This document shows positions 29,756 to 39,401 of a stretch of DNA of 64,000 nucleotides, one piece after another (position 1 is the first letter of the stretch; each line of letters begins with the position of its first letter). Origin of the DNA: Pseudobdellovibrionaceae bacterium (lineage in GTDB: Bacteria; Bdellovibrionota; Bdellovibrionia; Bdellovibrionales; Bdellovibrionaceae); assembly GCA_019637915.1 (NCBI GenBank), contig JAHBUV010000001.1, forward strand, positions 898,565 to 962,564. Reading direction: 5' to 3'. Both the position numbers and the translations under genes were made by a program. The notes below the pieces were generated by a model. That model saw only the letters and a program-made list of their open reading frames with translations, searched no databases and had not been told where the DNA came from.

Positions 29756-29867
29756 GCCGCGATCCCGTTCGAATCCCGAAAGACCTGGTCCGTCGGACCG
29801 GCTCTTGTCATGAAACGCGACGTCTTGGGAAAACGGGCCGAATGAGATTGGCAGGCCCCTTTCGCCG

Positions 29868-31334
29868 GTGTTAGAGCTGGGCCTTATGTGGACCTGGTTC
29901 TTTTTCTTTTTCGATCTGCTGCTGCGCCTGATTTTCAGTTACCGCATCCTGCGGCGCCGTTTGCCCGTCAGCGTCGCCTGGGCCTGGCTCGGGTTGATCC
30001 TGTTTTTCCCCTTCGCCGGAACTTTCCTCTATCTTTTCGTCGGCGAATACCGCCTGGGCCGGCGGCGCCGCCGCCGCTTGCGCGTCGCCCATCGTTCCAT
30101 CGCCCACCTGATCCGCAAACGCTTCGCCCACCGTCATGACGAGAAGGTCCTGCCGGAACCCTTGCGTTCGGCGGCGCTCACGGCGCGCGGTCTTTTCGGC
30201 GCCCCCTTGCTGCTCAACAACTCCCTGGAGCTTTTGCCCGGCGCCGACCGCTGCTTCGCGCGCATGATCGCGGACATCGATGCGGCCCGGAAGAGCTGCG
30301 ACATGGAATTCTACATCTGGAGCGACAAGGGACGCGCCGATGACTTCGGCGAAGCCTTGATCCGCGCCGCCGGCCGCGGCGTGCGGGTGAGGGTGCTGGT
30401 GGATCAGATCGGCAGCGCGAAATTCCTGAAGGGCCCCATGGTGGAACGCTTGCGCCAGGCGGGCGTGCAGGTGCACGTGGCCCTGCCGGCCGGTCTGTGG
30501 CAGGCGCTGTTCTCGCGGCCGGACCTGCGCCTGCACCGCAAGATCCTCGTCATTGACGGCGACATCGGTTACACGGGCAGCCTCAACCTCGCCGATCCGA
30601 AATATTTCAACCTCAGCGTCGGGGTCGGCCCGTGGGTCGACGCCCTTTGCCGCGTGCAGGGCCCGGCCGTGGAGGCCTTGCACCTGGTTTTCTTGAGCGA
30701 TTGGAGCCTGGAATCCCGCCACCATTTCAGCACCGAGGACAAAGGCGCCGGCTTCGCCCCGGCCCTCTCCGCGATCGAGACCTCCTCGCGCCGCGCCCAG
30801 GTGCAGTGCCTGCCTTCGGAGCCGGCCGCTTCGGGCTCCGACATCGAGCAGGTCCTGATCAGTCTCCTGTATCTGGCGCGCCAGGAGATCCTGCTCACCA
30901 CGCCTTACTTCGTGCCCAGCGAGGCCCTGCTCTCGGCCCTCACCTCGGCGGCGCGCCGGGGCGTGCAGGTCACCCTGATCGTCCCCGCCCGGGTGGACTC
31001 CCGCCTGACCCAGGCCGCCAGCCAGCTGCCCTTGAAAATCCTCGCGGAGAGCGGCGCCCGCGTCGCCCTCTATCAGCCCGGCCTGCTGCACACCAAATCC
31101 GTGACGGTGGACGGGGCGATGAGCCTCTTCGGTTCCCTGAACCTGGATCCGCGCAGTCTGCGCATCAACTTCGAGATCACCCTCGCCGTGTACGACGAGG
31201 TTTTCACCCGGGAGCTGCGCCTGTTGCAGGAGGAATACCTCTCCGCCTCGGTGGCCCTGGAGTCCGATCAGGTCTCCGGGCGCCTGAAAAATTTCAAGGA
31301 GGATCTGGCCCGCCTGCTGGGGCCTTTGCTGTGA
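29868..31334 (+). CDS. cls: cardiolipin synthase
   Basis: There are two HKD motifs ('LHRKILVIDG', 'LHTKSVTVDG') and an N-terminal TM pair. The start is uncertain: GTG at 29868 or ATG at 29886. Confidence 0.9.
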   Translation: MLELGLMWTWFFFFFDLLLRLIFSYRILRRRLPVSVAWAWLGLILFFPFAGTFLYLFVGEYRLGRRRRRRLRVAHRSIAHLIRKRFAHRHDEKVLPEPLRSAALTARGLFGAPLLLNNSLELLPGADRCFARMIADIDAARKSCDMEFYIWSDKGRADDFGEALIRAAGRGVRVRVLVDQIGSAKFLKGPMVERLRQAGVQVHVALPAGLWQALFSRPDLRLHRKILVIDGDIGYTGSLNLADPKYFNLSVGVGPWVDALCRVQGPAVEALHLVFLSDWSLESRHHFSTEDKGAGFAPALSAIETSSRRAQVQCLPSEPAASGSDIEQVLISLLYLARQEILLTTPYFVPSEALLSALTSAARRGVQVTLIVPARVDSRLTQAASQLPLKILAESGARVALYQPGLLHTKSVTVDGAMSLFGSLNLDPRSLRINFEITLAVYDEVFTRELRLLQEEYLSASVALESDQVSGRLKNFKEDLARLLGPLL

Positions 31335-31350
31335 GCGGAGAACCCGCTCC

Positions 31351-34300
31351 TCAGTTCTTGCTGCAGCCGACGTGGTAGAGCGGTGGGGAAATGATGTGCG
31401 CCATGCCGTTGTAGCCGGCGGGGCAGCCGTTTACCGTGGTCAGTTCATCGCTTCCGTTGCAAACGACGGTGATCACGTTCCCCTGACAGGTCACGTTGGT
31501 GCCGAGATAACCGCCGCCCATATTGTCATACTGAGGGGTGCCGCCCATGCAGACCACCAGTCTTTTCCCGCAGAGCGTGCCGGCGGGAACGCTGCCCGCG
31601 CCGTAAGCCGTCCAGGCCGTGCCGTTGCAGTACTCCATGACCTTCGCGGTCGAGTTGTAGCGCTGTTGGCCCTCGTTCGTGGTGTTGCAGGCCGAAGCGG
31701 TGTTGCCGAACTTCACCTCGCCCGCCACGTCCAGTTTGGCCGCCGGGTTGACGACGCCGATCCCGACGCTGCCGGTTGGGCGGATCGTCACGCGGGCATC
31801 CGCCATGGTGACGTTGGTGGCGTCGTCGACATTGTTCAACAGGAAGTGCAAGGCGGCCCGACCGCTCGTGCCGACCCGTTCGGCCGCGATCGCGGCCTTC
31901 ACGTTCGAGTTCGCCGTGCCGTTGGACAGTTTGAATCCCATCCCCGTGGCCGTGCCGCCGGTGCTGGTGTTGTCCGGGTTTTGCATCCGGATGGGCAGCT
32001 GCAAGGCGTTCGCGCCCGCCATCATGACATGGAGTCTTTCCTGAGGGGACAGAGTGCCGATCCCGACGTTCCCGGAAGGATCCACCAGGATCCGCGTCGC
32101 GGGACCCGTGGAGTTGACGGGCGTGGTCTGCAAATGCAGGGAGGTCGGCGCCGACGTGTTCGAGAAAGTGCCTTCCGCGACCCCCACCACACGGGCCGAA
32201 ACCGTGCTCGCCGTGCCGCCGTAACCGAAAAACTCCACGGCGCCCAACCAATCAGAGGCCGCGACGTTGCCGGGGCTCGAGGCATTGCCTTTGAAACTGC
32301 CGATGGCCACCGTGGAAGGTTTGCCGCTGGCGGCGATGTTGTAAGTCCCCAGATACAGCGAGGCTGATTGTCCCGCGGCGTTCGCGTCCCAGTTCACCAC
32401 CTGAATGCGGGCGTCCTCGTTCACCGTCGAAATCGTCAGTTTGTGGGCCGGCGTGGCCTCGCCGATCCCGACCTTCCCGTTCAAAATCGTGTAGCCCGTG
32501 CCGCTCGGGGTGAGGGTGACGTTCTGGTTCGTGCCCCCCGCCGCGAAGGTCAGGGCGCCGGTCCCCGTGATGGAACCCGTGCTGGTGCCCGTGCCGCCGC
32601 TCGCCACCGGCACGATGCCGCTCGAGTTCGTCGAAACCAGATTCACCCACGAGCCGTTTTGCACGCCTTCCAGCTTGTTCGTGTCGTAGTTGTAGCGCAA
32701 AAGCCCATTGGGCGGCGAGACCGGGCGTTGACCGTTCGAACCATTGGGGATGACCAAACCATCGCCGGCTCCGCTGAAATCGAAGGACGCCCCCGGCACC
32801 GGCGTCTTGAAGCCCATGTTGCCGTTCGCCGGCGCGATCGTCAGGTATTCCAGCCATGAAGATCCGTCGTAATAACCCCAACCGAGTTTGTTCCGATTGT
32901 TCGCGGTGTTTTGCGTGTCACCGAAGGTGTAGAAGGTCCAACCCTTGGTGTTCGCACCGCCCAAAGCGGTCTGTCCGTTCGATTTCGTGATGAAATCGAG
33001 CGCGAGCTCCTGGCCGTCGACGGTGCCCGAGGTGCTCAGGGAGAAACGGCCGGAAGCGCCCGTCCCGGCGTGCACGGACACCGTGCTTGGCGGGTTGCTC
33101 GTGCCAATCCCGATTTTCCCGCCGATCAGGGTGTTGCCCGTGCCGCTCGGGGTGAGGGTGATGTTTTGATTGGAACCGCCCGCCGCGAAGGTCAGGGCGC
33201 CGGTCCCCGTGATGGAACCCGTGCTCGTGCCCGTGCCGCCGTTCGCCACGGGCAACACCCCCGAGACATCCGCCGCGAGATCGACGGAGTTTTTCGCCGC
33301 GAGACCGCCGATCGTGCCCAGGTCCGAAACTTGCGATTTCGTGATCGAGATGTTTTCACAGGTCACGCGGTCCGGAACCGACTGCCATTTGAGGGTCTTG
33401 CCGGCCCCGCAAGCACTGAAATCAAAGGTGCTGTTGCCGGCGGAGTTCTTGATGTCGCCGATGTCGATCAAAGAACTCGTCCACGCCCCCGACACGCGCT
33501 TCAAGAAATGCCCGTCCGTTCCCGCCGGCACATCCATCTTCGCCGTGAAGGCATCAAACTGCGCTTTCGAGATCAAACCGGCCGCCACGCTCGTTTGATC
33601 CGCCATCGGGATGCTCAAAGTGTGCGTGGCGGAAGAGTGCGCCCACGCGAGGCTCGCGCCGCTCGTGTTCACCGCCAGGCTTTGCGCGGAATCGGACAGA
33701 CCATTGATGGTCGCGATCCCGGATCCTGAAGCGCCGGCCGTGAAGTACTCCCACTTTTTGCTCGTGTTGTTCCACTTCAAGGACTGACCGTCCTGGCTGG
33801 CGCCCGGGGCGGCGGCCCCCGTGATCTCCTGCACGCCCGCGCCGTCCCACAGGCTCAAGGCCTTGCGATCCGAATTCCACCACACGGAACCTTGATGGCC
33901 GCCCGCCAGAGGAGTCGCCACCAAGGACGTCTCTTGCGCATTGGTCAAAGCGCCGAAACGCAAAGTCTTCTGCGCGTTCATGGTCACATGACCCGAATTC
34001 AAAAGATCAAAACCACCGAGTTTCAGATCCCCAGCCATCGTGCCGGAACCATCCAAAGGCAATTTGGTGTTGTCCGTGCCCCCGCCGCCCGCGGCGACGC
34101 AATCCCAAGCGCCCGAGGTGACGCCCAAGACCTCCCCGTCCGAGCATTTCGCAAAGCCCTCAAGGGCCGAGCCATCGGATTTCGACATGATGATCTGGCT
34201 GTTGCCGATCGCGCCGATCCCCGTGCCGCCGCGGGCGATGGGCAAAATGCCGGCGTTGATGTCGGAGGCGTTGTGGTTGTGCGCGCTCGGAGCGAACGTG

Positions 34301-35064
34301 GAAGGCTTGTTCGTGATGTCCGCCCAATCGGTCGGAGTGGCCGCCGGTAAAGTGGCCCAAGCGCCATCGCCACGCAAGTAGGTCGTGCTGCTGGCCGTGC
34401 CCGTGGGACTCCACGTCGACAACGTGCCCAGGCCTGGGTAAGTGCCATTCAAAATGGAATCGAGAGTGGAGTAACGCGAATACACGCTCTCCACACGCGC
34501 CTGCTGGATGTTGGCGGACGTCTGCACGAAGGCCGAAGCCGATTTGCCGGAAAGATTGTCCGCGTTCACCGCGAAGGGCGTCGAGCGCAAATTGAAGTAA
34601 GCCGCGATCTCATCACTGTTGGCCAAAGTCATGGCGACGCGCACTTTGCGCGCGTCATTGGCGCCCGGCGTGTAAGAGTTCAAACCGCCATTCACCGTGC
34701 CATCGGGGTTCAAACAGACAAGACCCGTCTTCGGCACCGCCGTGTTGTCCGCCATCTTCTGGAAATTGGCGCCGACGGGTTGCTGCGAAGCCGGCGTGCC
34801 CTTGCCCACGACCAAATTCAGATAGCCGTCGGTGACCGTGACGGAACTGTGATTCTCATCCCACAGGACGCAATCATTCGGCGCCAAAATTTTCACGTTC
34901 ACCGTGAGGCCGGACTCGCTCAACAACGTGGTGTCCGGTTTGGTGATGCGACCTTGAAAAGTGAATCCCTGCGAACTCTGCGCAAATGATGAGGCAACCA
35001 TGAGGAGGCTCATGGAGATCGCCGCAATCAACGTTCTCGCAACAAAAACCGCCAAGGATTGCAT
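31351..35064 (-). CDS. large secreted fibre-like repeat protein (phage-tail-fibre-like adhesin)
   Basis: It has a signal peptide (...LLMVASSFAQS). Modules of the form 'P(I/V)A.GGTG' occur three times, and '(V/I)GIG...P...L.V' occurs four times. A 'G..RYN.......E...NG.W' motif occurs twice. The protein is G/T/S/N-rich and ends in a Cys-rich C-terminus. Confidence 0.8.
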   Translation of the reverse strand: MQSLAVFVARTLIAAISMSLLMVASSFAQSSQGFTFQGRITKPDTTLLSESGLTVNVKILAPNDCVLWDENHSSVTVTDGYLNLVVGKGTPASQQPVGANFQKMADNTAVPKTGLVCLNPDGTVNGGLNSYTPGANDARKVRVAMTLANSDEIAAYFNLRSTPFAVNADNLSGKSASAFVQTSANIQQARVESVYSRYSTLDSILNGTYPGLGTLSTWSPTGTASSTTYLRGDGAWATLPAATPTDWADITNKPSTFAPSAHNHNASDINAGILPIARGGTGIGAIGNSQIIMSKSDGSALEGFAKCSDGEVLGVTSGAWDCVAAGGGGTDNTKLPLDGSGTMAGDLKLGGFDLLNSGHVTMNAQKTLRFGALTNAQETSLVATPLAGGHQGSVWWNSDRKALSLWDGAGVQEITGAAAPGASQDGQSLKWNNTSKKWEYFTAGASGSGIATINGLSDSAQSLAVNTSGASLAWAHSSATHTLSIPMADQTSVAAGLISKAQFDAFTAKMDVPAGTDGHFLKRVSGAWTSSLIDIGDIKNSAGNSTFDFSACGAGKTLKWQSVPDRVTCENISITKSQVSDLGTIGGLAAKNSVDLAADVSGVLPVANGGTGTSTGSITGTGALTFAAGGSNQNITLTPSGTGNTLIGGKIGIGTSNPPSTVSVHAGTGASGRFSLSTSGTVDGQELALDFITKSNGQTALGGANTKGWTFYTFGDTQNTANNRNKLGWGYYDGSSWLEYLTIAPANGNMGFKTPVPGASFDFSGAGDGLVIPNGSNGQRPVSPPNGLLRYNYDTNKLEGVQNGSWVNLVSTNSSGIVPVASGGTGTSTGSITGTGALTFAAGGTNQNVTLTPSGTGYTILNGKVGIGEATPAHKLTISTVNEDARIQVVNWDANAAGQSASLYLGTYNIAASGKPSTVAIGSFKGNASSPGNVAASDWLGAVEFFGYGGTASTVSARVVGVAEGTFSNTSAPTSLHLQTTPVNSTGPATRILVDPSGNVGIGTLSPQERLHVMMAGANALQLPIRMQNPDNTSTGGTATGMGFKLSNGTANSNVKAAIAAERVGTSGRAALHFLLNNVDDATNVTMADARVTIRPTGSVGIGVVNPAAKLDVAGEVKFGNTASACNTTNEGQQRYNSTAKVMEYCNGTAWTAYGAGSVPAGTLCGKRLVVCMGGTPQYDNMGGGYLGTNVTCQGNVITVVCNGSDELTTVNGCPAGYNGMAHIISPPLYHVGCSKN
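32495..32607. repeat. 113-bp intragenic direct repeat, copy 1
   Basis: It is near-identical to 33137-33249, with long identical runs such as cgccgcgaaggtcagggcgccggtccccgtgatggaacccgtgct. It encodes GGTGTSTGSITGTGALTFAAGG. Confidence 0.85.
33137..33249. repeat. 113-bp intragenic direct repeat, copy 2
   Basis: It pairs with 32495-32607, offset by 642 bp (214 codons, in frame). Confidence 0.85.
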
Positions 35065-35183
35065 ACTTAACTTGTCGGTCGATTGGGACCTAAGTTGATG
35101 GGATTCCCGGAATGAGATGGCCGAAACTGATCTTAGACAGCCATTGGATGGACTTTGAAGAAAACGAAACCCGCTTCAAAGCC

Positions 35184-35218
35184 AAAAAGCCCCTCGATCA
35201 TGATCGAGAGGCTTTTTT
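35184..35218. terminator. bidirectional Rho-independent terminator
   Basis: The sequence is aaaaa-gcccctcgatca/tgatcgagaggc-tttttt, a 12/13 palindromic stem flanked by an A-run and a T-run. It lies between the small minus-strand gene and the fibre gene. Confidence 0.6.
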
Positions 35219-35238
35219 GAGGCGAAGCCAGACCAGGT

Positions 35239-35640
35239 CTAGCGGATCGGGCCGCGGGGATCGGCGGAACACACGCCCAAATCGAAGGTGACGCCTTCGC
35301 TCTGGCGCGAGGGGAACAGCACCACGCGGGCGGAGAAAGCCGCCCCCGTGTGAACGCTCATCACCGGATAGACTACAGCGCGATAAGCGCCGCGGCCATG
35401 ATTGCAGCGCAAGTTGGGATCGAACACCGATTGGCTCTCCCCTGTCGAGCAGCCCCGGAAAGCCAGGCGGCGGCCGTTGACGGACAAGGCCGTGGTCACG
35501 GCGCCTTGGGCGGAGCTGCGGACGTGCAGCTCAACCAGGGGCTCGCCGATCTCGCGCGAGATGGCGATGCAGCGGGTGAGAGTGGCGTGGCTCAGGGCCG
35601 GCAACAAAACAATCAAAGAGGTCACAAAAAGTTTTTTCAT
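35239..35640 (-). CDS. small secreted hypothetical protein
   Basis: The signal peptide is MKKLFVTSLIVLLPALSHA. It has four Cys and no recognised family. Confidence 0.5.
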   Translation of the reverse strand: MKKLFVTSLIVLLPALSHATLTRCIAISREIGEPLVELHVRSSAQGAVTTALSVNGRRLAFRGCSTGESQSVFDPNLRCNHGRGAYRAVVYPVMSVHTGAAFSARVVLFPSRQSEGVTFDLGVCSADPRGPIR

Positions 35641-35696
35641 GGCCCCCCGGATACACGGCTTTTCCCGGCCGCGCAATGGAGAAAAACGCGATGTCC

Positions 35697-37691
35697 TCAT
35701 GAACCCGGAACGCTGTCCAAATGAATGCTGTTCTCCACCTCCGCGGGAATCGGCTGGCCGAAGGCGTTCTGCACGGACTTCCAGAAGGCCTCGCCCACCG
35801 CGAAGGAGGGGCTTTTCAGCGGCCCCTCAAAGGACAACTTGGTGGCCACGGTGACCGTTTGCCCATTGCGCAAAATCAAATTGCCCAAAGCCATGACCAC
35901 TTCAAATCCCACGCGCCGCAAAGTCGGATAGGTTTCCCGCGAGGAAATCACGTCAATGTCCCGCAAAGCGGGCTTCACGTAGCCGACCAGTTGACCGTTG
36001 CGCGTGGCGGCCTCCGCCGCCAGGGTCAAGGTGCCCGAGGTCACCGTGAAAGGGAAATAAGCCAGGAGCAGCGGGTTCAACTCCGTGAGCGGGAATTCCT
36101 CGAGGCGCCCGTCCAGGTCGAAACGCAGGTCCTTGCTCAGGACATTGACCCGGCCCTCGATGTTCAAGGCCGCCTTGCCCTGAAAGAGCGCCGTCGCGCG
36201 CACCGGCGTCGGCAGGGGGTCTTTTTCCTTCAGGCTGTTGTGGATGTTCGAAGCGTTCAGGTTGATCGCCATGAGTTTCACGTCCAGGGGGGTTTCCTTC
36301 AGGTCGAAGTTCAGCAGGTGAATCTCGCTGTCGCGGATCTGCAGCCGCTCGACCCGGATCGGCAGCAAGGTGAAGAACACGTCCTTCCAGTCCTTCTCTT
36401 CCGCTCCCGTCTGACGCTTCGACCCGTCCGCGCTGTCGATGATGTTCAGGCGCGCGCCATCGATCACCAGGTCCGCCAGGATGCGTCCCCGGAAAAGCGC
36501 CCGCCAGGCCACGGACAGATCGATGTCGCGAACTTCCAGGAGCGGCGTTTTCTCCTGCCCGTTCTTCACGAATTTCAATCCCTGGATCTGATAAGCGCCG
36601 CGGTACAAGGACAAATCAAAATCATCGATGGAGCCGTGGTAGCCGTCGATGTTCCGGGCGAGGTAAAGATTGATCTGATCCTTGATCACGCCCGGCAGGA
36701 CGGCGCGCGCGATGATCAAGAGGAGGATGAGGGCGATCAGGACTTTCTGGGAGCGCTTGAAAAATTTCGGCACGCGCTCCCAGCGTGACGTTTCTTTCGC
36801 GGCGGCGGTGGCTGACGCCGCGGCGGGACCCGCCGGGAACGGCAACGGGCCTCTCCGCTTGCCGCCGGGAACGCCCTCGAACTGCAAAATGGCGGCGACT
36901 TCGGCGCCGCCGAAAACGATCAGCGACGTGTAGTACACCCAGACCAGCAGCACGACGAGGGAGCCGGCGGCGCCGTAAGCGGAGCCCACGGCGCTCTGCC
37001 CGAGGTAGATCCCGATCAGCATTTTCCCGAAGTTGAAGAGCAGCGAGGTGAGCACCCCCGCGAGCAGGCTCAGCCGGAAAGAACCTTTCCGTTCGGGCGT
37101 CATGAAGAAGATCCCGCCGAAAATCAGCGCGAAGATCAGCCACTGGCCGACGCTGCTGATGGCGCGGTAAAGCCACTCCTGCCCGGAGGGGAACCACAGG
37201 CTCAGGAACGCCGACAGCAGCAGGGACACGGCGGCCAGGAAAATGAAGCCCACCATCAGGCCGATGTTGAAGATCTTGTCCTTGAAAAAGTCCACGGTGT
37301 CCCGCCACAGCGTCGTCGTGGCCGGCGCCGGCGGCGCGTGACCCATGATGCGGTTGAAGGCGCTGCGCAACTGCGCGAACACGAAGCTCGCGGAAAAAAG
37401 CAAAGCGGAAAACCCGATGAGCCCCGCCAGGCTGCGGACGTCGGGGCGCTGGTCGGCCTGTTGAATGACGACCCTCACGACCGAAGCGGCCTCCGTCCCC
37501 GCCAGATCCTGCACCTGCACGATCAGGGACTCCTGCAAACCGGGGCTCAAGGCCGACAGCAGGGTCAGCAGCAGGATCAGCAAGGGTGCCAGGGACAGGG
37601 CCGTGTAATAGGACAAGGCGGCGGACAGTTCGAAAATGTTATCCACGTTCATCTTTTCGAAAAGACGGAGAAAAAATCGTTTCCAGGTCAC
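35697..37691 (-). CDS. YihY/BrkB-family membrane protein fused to a C-terminal DUF748/AsmA-like domain
   Basis: The N-terminal half, 'LSAALSYYTALSLAPLLILL...AQLRSAFNRI', is YihY-like with multiple TM helices. After a Pro/Ala linker and one further TM helix come about 330 aa resembling DUF748 ('LSLYRGAYQIQGLKF...LEVRDIDLSVAWRALFRGRI'). I chose the GTG start, which has GGGAGG upstream. An alternative ATG lies at 37775. Confidence 0.72.
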   Translation of the reverse strand: MTWKRFFLRLFEKMNVDNIFELSAALSYYTALSLAPLLILLLTLLSALSPGLQESLIVQVQDLAGTEAASVVRVVIQQADQRPDVRSLAGLIGFSALLFSASFVFAQLRSAFNRIMGHAPPAPATTTLWRDTVDFFKDKIFNIGLMVGFIFLAAVSLLLSAFLSLWFPSGQEWLYRAISSVGQWLIFALIFGGIFFMTPERKGSFRLSLLAGVLTSLLFNFGKMLIGIYLGQSAVGSAYGAAGSLVVLLVWVYYTSLIVFGGAEVAAILQFEGVPGGKRRGPLPFPAGPAAASATAAAKETSRWERVPKFFKRSQKVLIALILLLIIARAVLPGVIKDQINLYLARNIDGYHGSIDDFDLSLYRGAYQIQGLKFVKNGQEKTPLLEVRDIDLSVAWRALFRGRILADLVIDGARLNIIDSADGSKRQTGAEEKDWKDVFFTLLPIRVERLQIRDSEIHLLNFDLKETPLDVKLMAINLNASNIHNSLKEKDPLPTPVRATALFQGKAALNIEGRVNVLSKDLRFDLDGRLEEFPLTELNPLLLAYFPFTVTSGTLTLAAEAATRNGQLVGYVKPALRDIDVISSRETYPTLRRVGFEVVMALGNLILRNGQTVTVATKLSFEGPLKSPSFAVGEAFWKSVQNAFGQPIPAEVENSIHLDSVPGS

Positions 37692-37842
37692 GCGACCTCC
37701 CCTTTTTGGGATAAAAAATCCTTTGCCTCTTGGCAAACGCGAGCACCCCCTGTGAAGAATTTTTCCCTTTCGCAAGGGGCCTCTTCCCTTCCGCCCTCAG
37801 GCAGTCTTTGCCTCGGCGGCGAGTCCGTGCTTTATTGCCCCC

Positions 37843-39372
37843 ATGCCCGATCCCCGATCCGAACGCGATCTCCGCCAATGCCTGGAGCTGTTGGAGGAGC
37901 TTTCTTCCGACTCCGCCCGCTTCGCCTCTTTGCCCGAGGATTTGCGCCAATCCCTGATGGCCGCGGCGGGGCGTCTGTCGCGGCCGGCGCGGGATCAGAT
38001 CCGCGCCCGCAACCGGCAGATCGATCGCGAGCGCCGGCAAAAACGCGACGAGGCCGACCGCCAGGTCCGCGCCGGCACCGGCATCCGCCAGGCTCGGCAG
38101 CAGACGGTGTTCACCGCGCCGGAAAGATGGCTCTCGCCGCCGCCGGACAGCGCCGCGGCCGAAGAAACGCACCTCAAAAAACCCAACAACTGCTACGTCT
38201 GCAAAGCCGAGTACACGAAGCTCCATCATTTTTACGATTCGATGTGCCCGCCCTGCGCCGAGCTGAATTACCAGAAACGTTTTCAGACCGCCCCCCTGCA
38301 CGGCCAGGTCGCGGTGATCACCGGGGCCCGCCTGAAAATCGGTTATCAATCGGCGTTGATGATGTTGCGGGCCGGGGCGAAGGTCATCGTCACGACGCGC
38401 TTCCCGGTGGACGCCGCGAGCCGCTTCGCCCGCGAAAAGGATTTTTCCGAATGGGGCGCGCGCCTCGAGGTCCATGGCCTCGATCTGCGCCACACCCCGA
38501 GCGTGGAGCTCTTCACCCGCTACATCGAGCAGCACAACGAACGCCTGGACATCCTCATCAACAACGCCGCGCAAACCGTGCGCCGCCCGCCCGGCTTCTA
38601 CGCCCACCTTCTGGAGGCGGAGAACACCCCGTGGTCGCTGATGGCCCCGGAGGTGCGGTCGGTGCTGCGCGCCCACGAGGAATGCAAGAACCTGCTGGGT
38701 GGCGCGCCGTCCGGCGGCGACTCCCCGCTGCCGGTCGCCTGGCACGGGCAGGGTCCCGGCATCGGCCTGCGCGCCTCGGCGCGACTCTCGCAGATCCCCT
38801 ACTCCTACGACAACTCGCTGAGCACGGAAGAGGTCTTCCCGCGCGGTCAGCTCGACGCCGATCTGCAACAGGTCGACCTGCGCCAGACCAACAGCTGGCG
38901 CCTGGGACTCGCCGACGTGCCGACGCCGGAAATGCTGGAGGTGCAGCTGGTGAATTCCGTGGCGCCTTTTGTCTTGTGCAGCCGCCTCGCGCCGCTCATG
39001 CGCCGCCACAACACGGGACAAAAACACATCGTCAACGTCTCAGCGATGGAAGGCAAATTCACCCGCTACACCAAGACTGACAAACATCCGCACACCAACA
39101 TGGCCAAGGCGGCGTTGAACATGATGACGCTGACCTCGGCGCCGGACCTCGAGAAGGACGGCATCTTTATGAACGCCGTCGACACCGGTTGGGTGACGGA
39201 CGAGGATCCCGCCGCCATCTCGGCCCGCAAACAGAAAGAGCTCGATTTCCAGCCTCCCCTCGACATCGTCGACGGCGCGGCCCGGGTCTGCGATCCCTTC
39301 TTCCACGGCATCCTCACCGGTCAGCACTGGTGCGGGAAATTCCTGAAAGATTACTTTCCCACCACCTGGTGA
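37843..39372 (+). CDS. SDR family oxidoreductase with ~150-aa N-terminal extension containing a CxxC-x14-CxxC ribbon
   Basis: '[13 protein letters not shown]' is a Rossmann motif and 'ILINNAAQ' is also present. The N-terminus is Arg/Glu-rich helical, followed by '[22 protein letters not shown]'. Confidence 0.8.
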   Translation: MPDPRSERDLRQCLELLEELSSDSARFASLPEDLRQSLMAAAGRLSRPARDQIRARNRQIDRERRQKRDEADRQVRAGTGIRQARQQTVFTAPERWLSPPPDSAAAEETHLKKPNNCYVCKAEYTKLHHFYDSMCPPCAELNYQKRFQTAPLHGQVAVITGARLKIGYQSALMMLRAGAKVIVTTRFPVDAASRFAREKDFSEWGARLEVHGLDLRHTPSVELFTRYIEQHNERLDILINNAAQTVRRPPGFYAHLLEAENTPWSLMAPEVRSVLRAHEECKNLLGGAPSGGDSPLPVAWHGQGPGIGLRASARLSQIPYSYDNSLSTEEVFPRGQLDADLQQVDLRQTNSWRLGLADVPTPEMLEVQLVNSVAPFVLCSRLAPLMRRHNTGQKHIVNVSAMEGKFTRYTKTDKHPHTNMAKAALNMMTLTSAPDLEKDGIFMNAVDTGWVTDEDPAAISARKQKELDFQPPLDIVDGAARVCDPFFHGILTGQHWCGKFLKDYFPTTW

Positions 39373-39401
39373 GGCGGCATCCATCTTGCTCCCTCCCGGG
39401 C

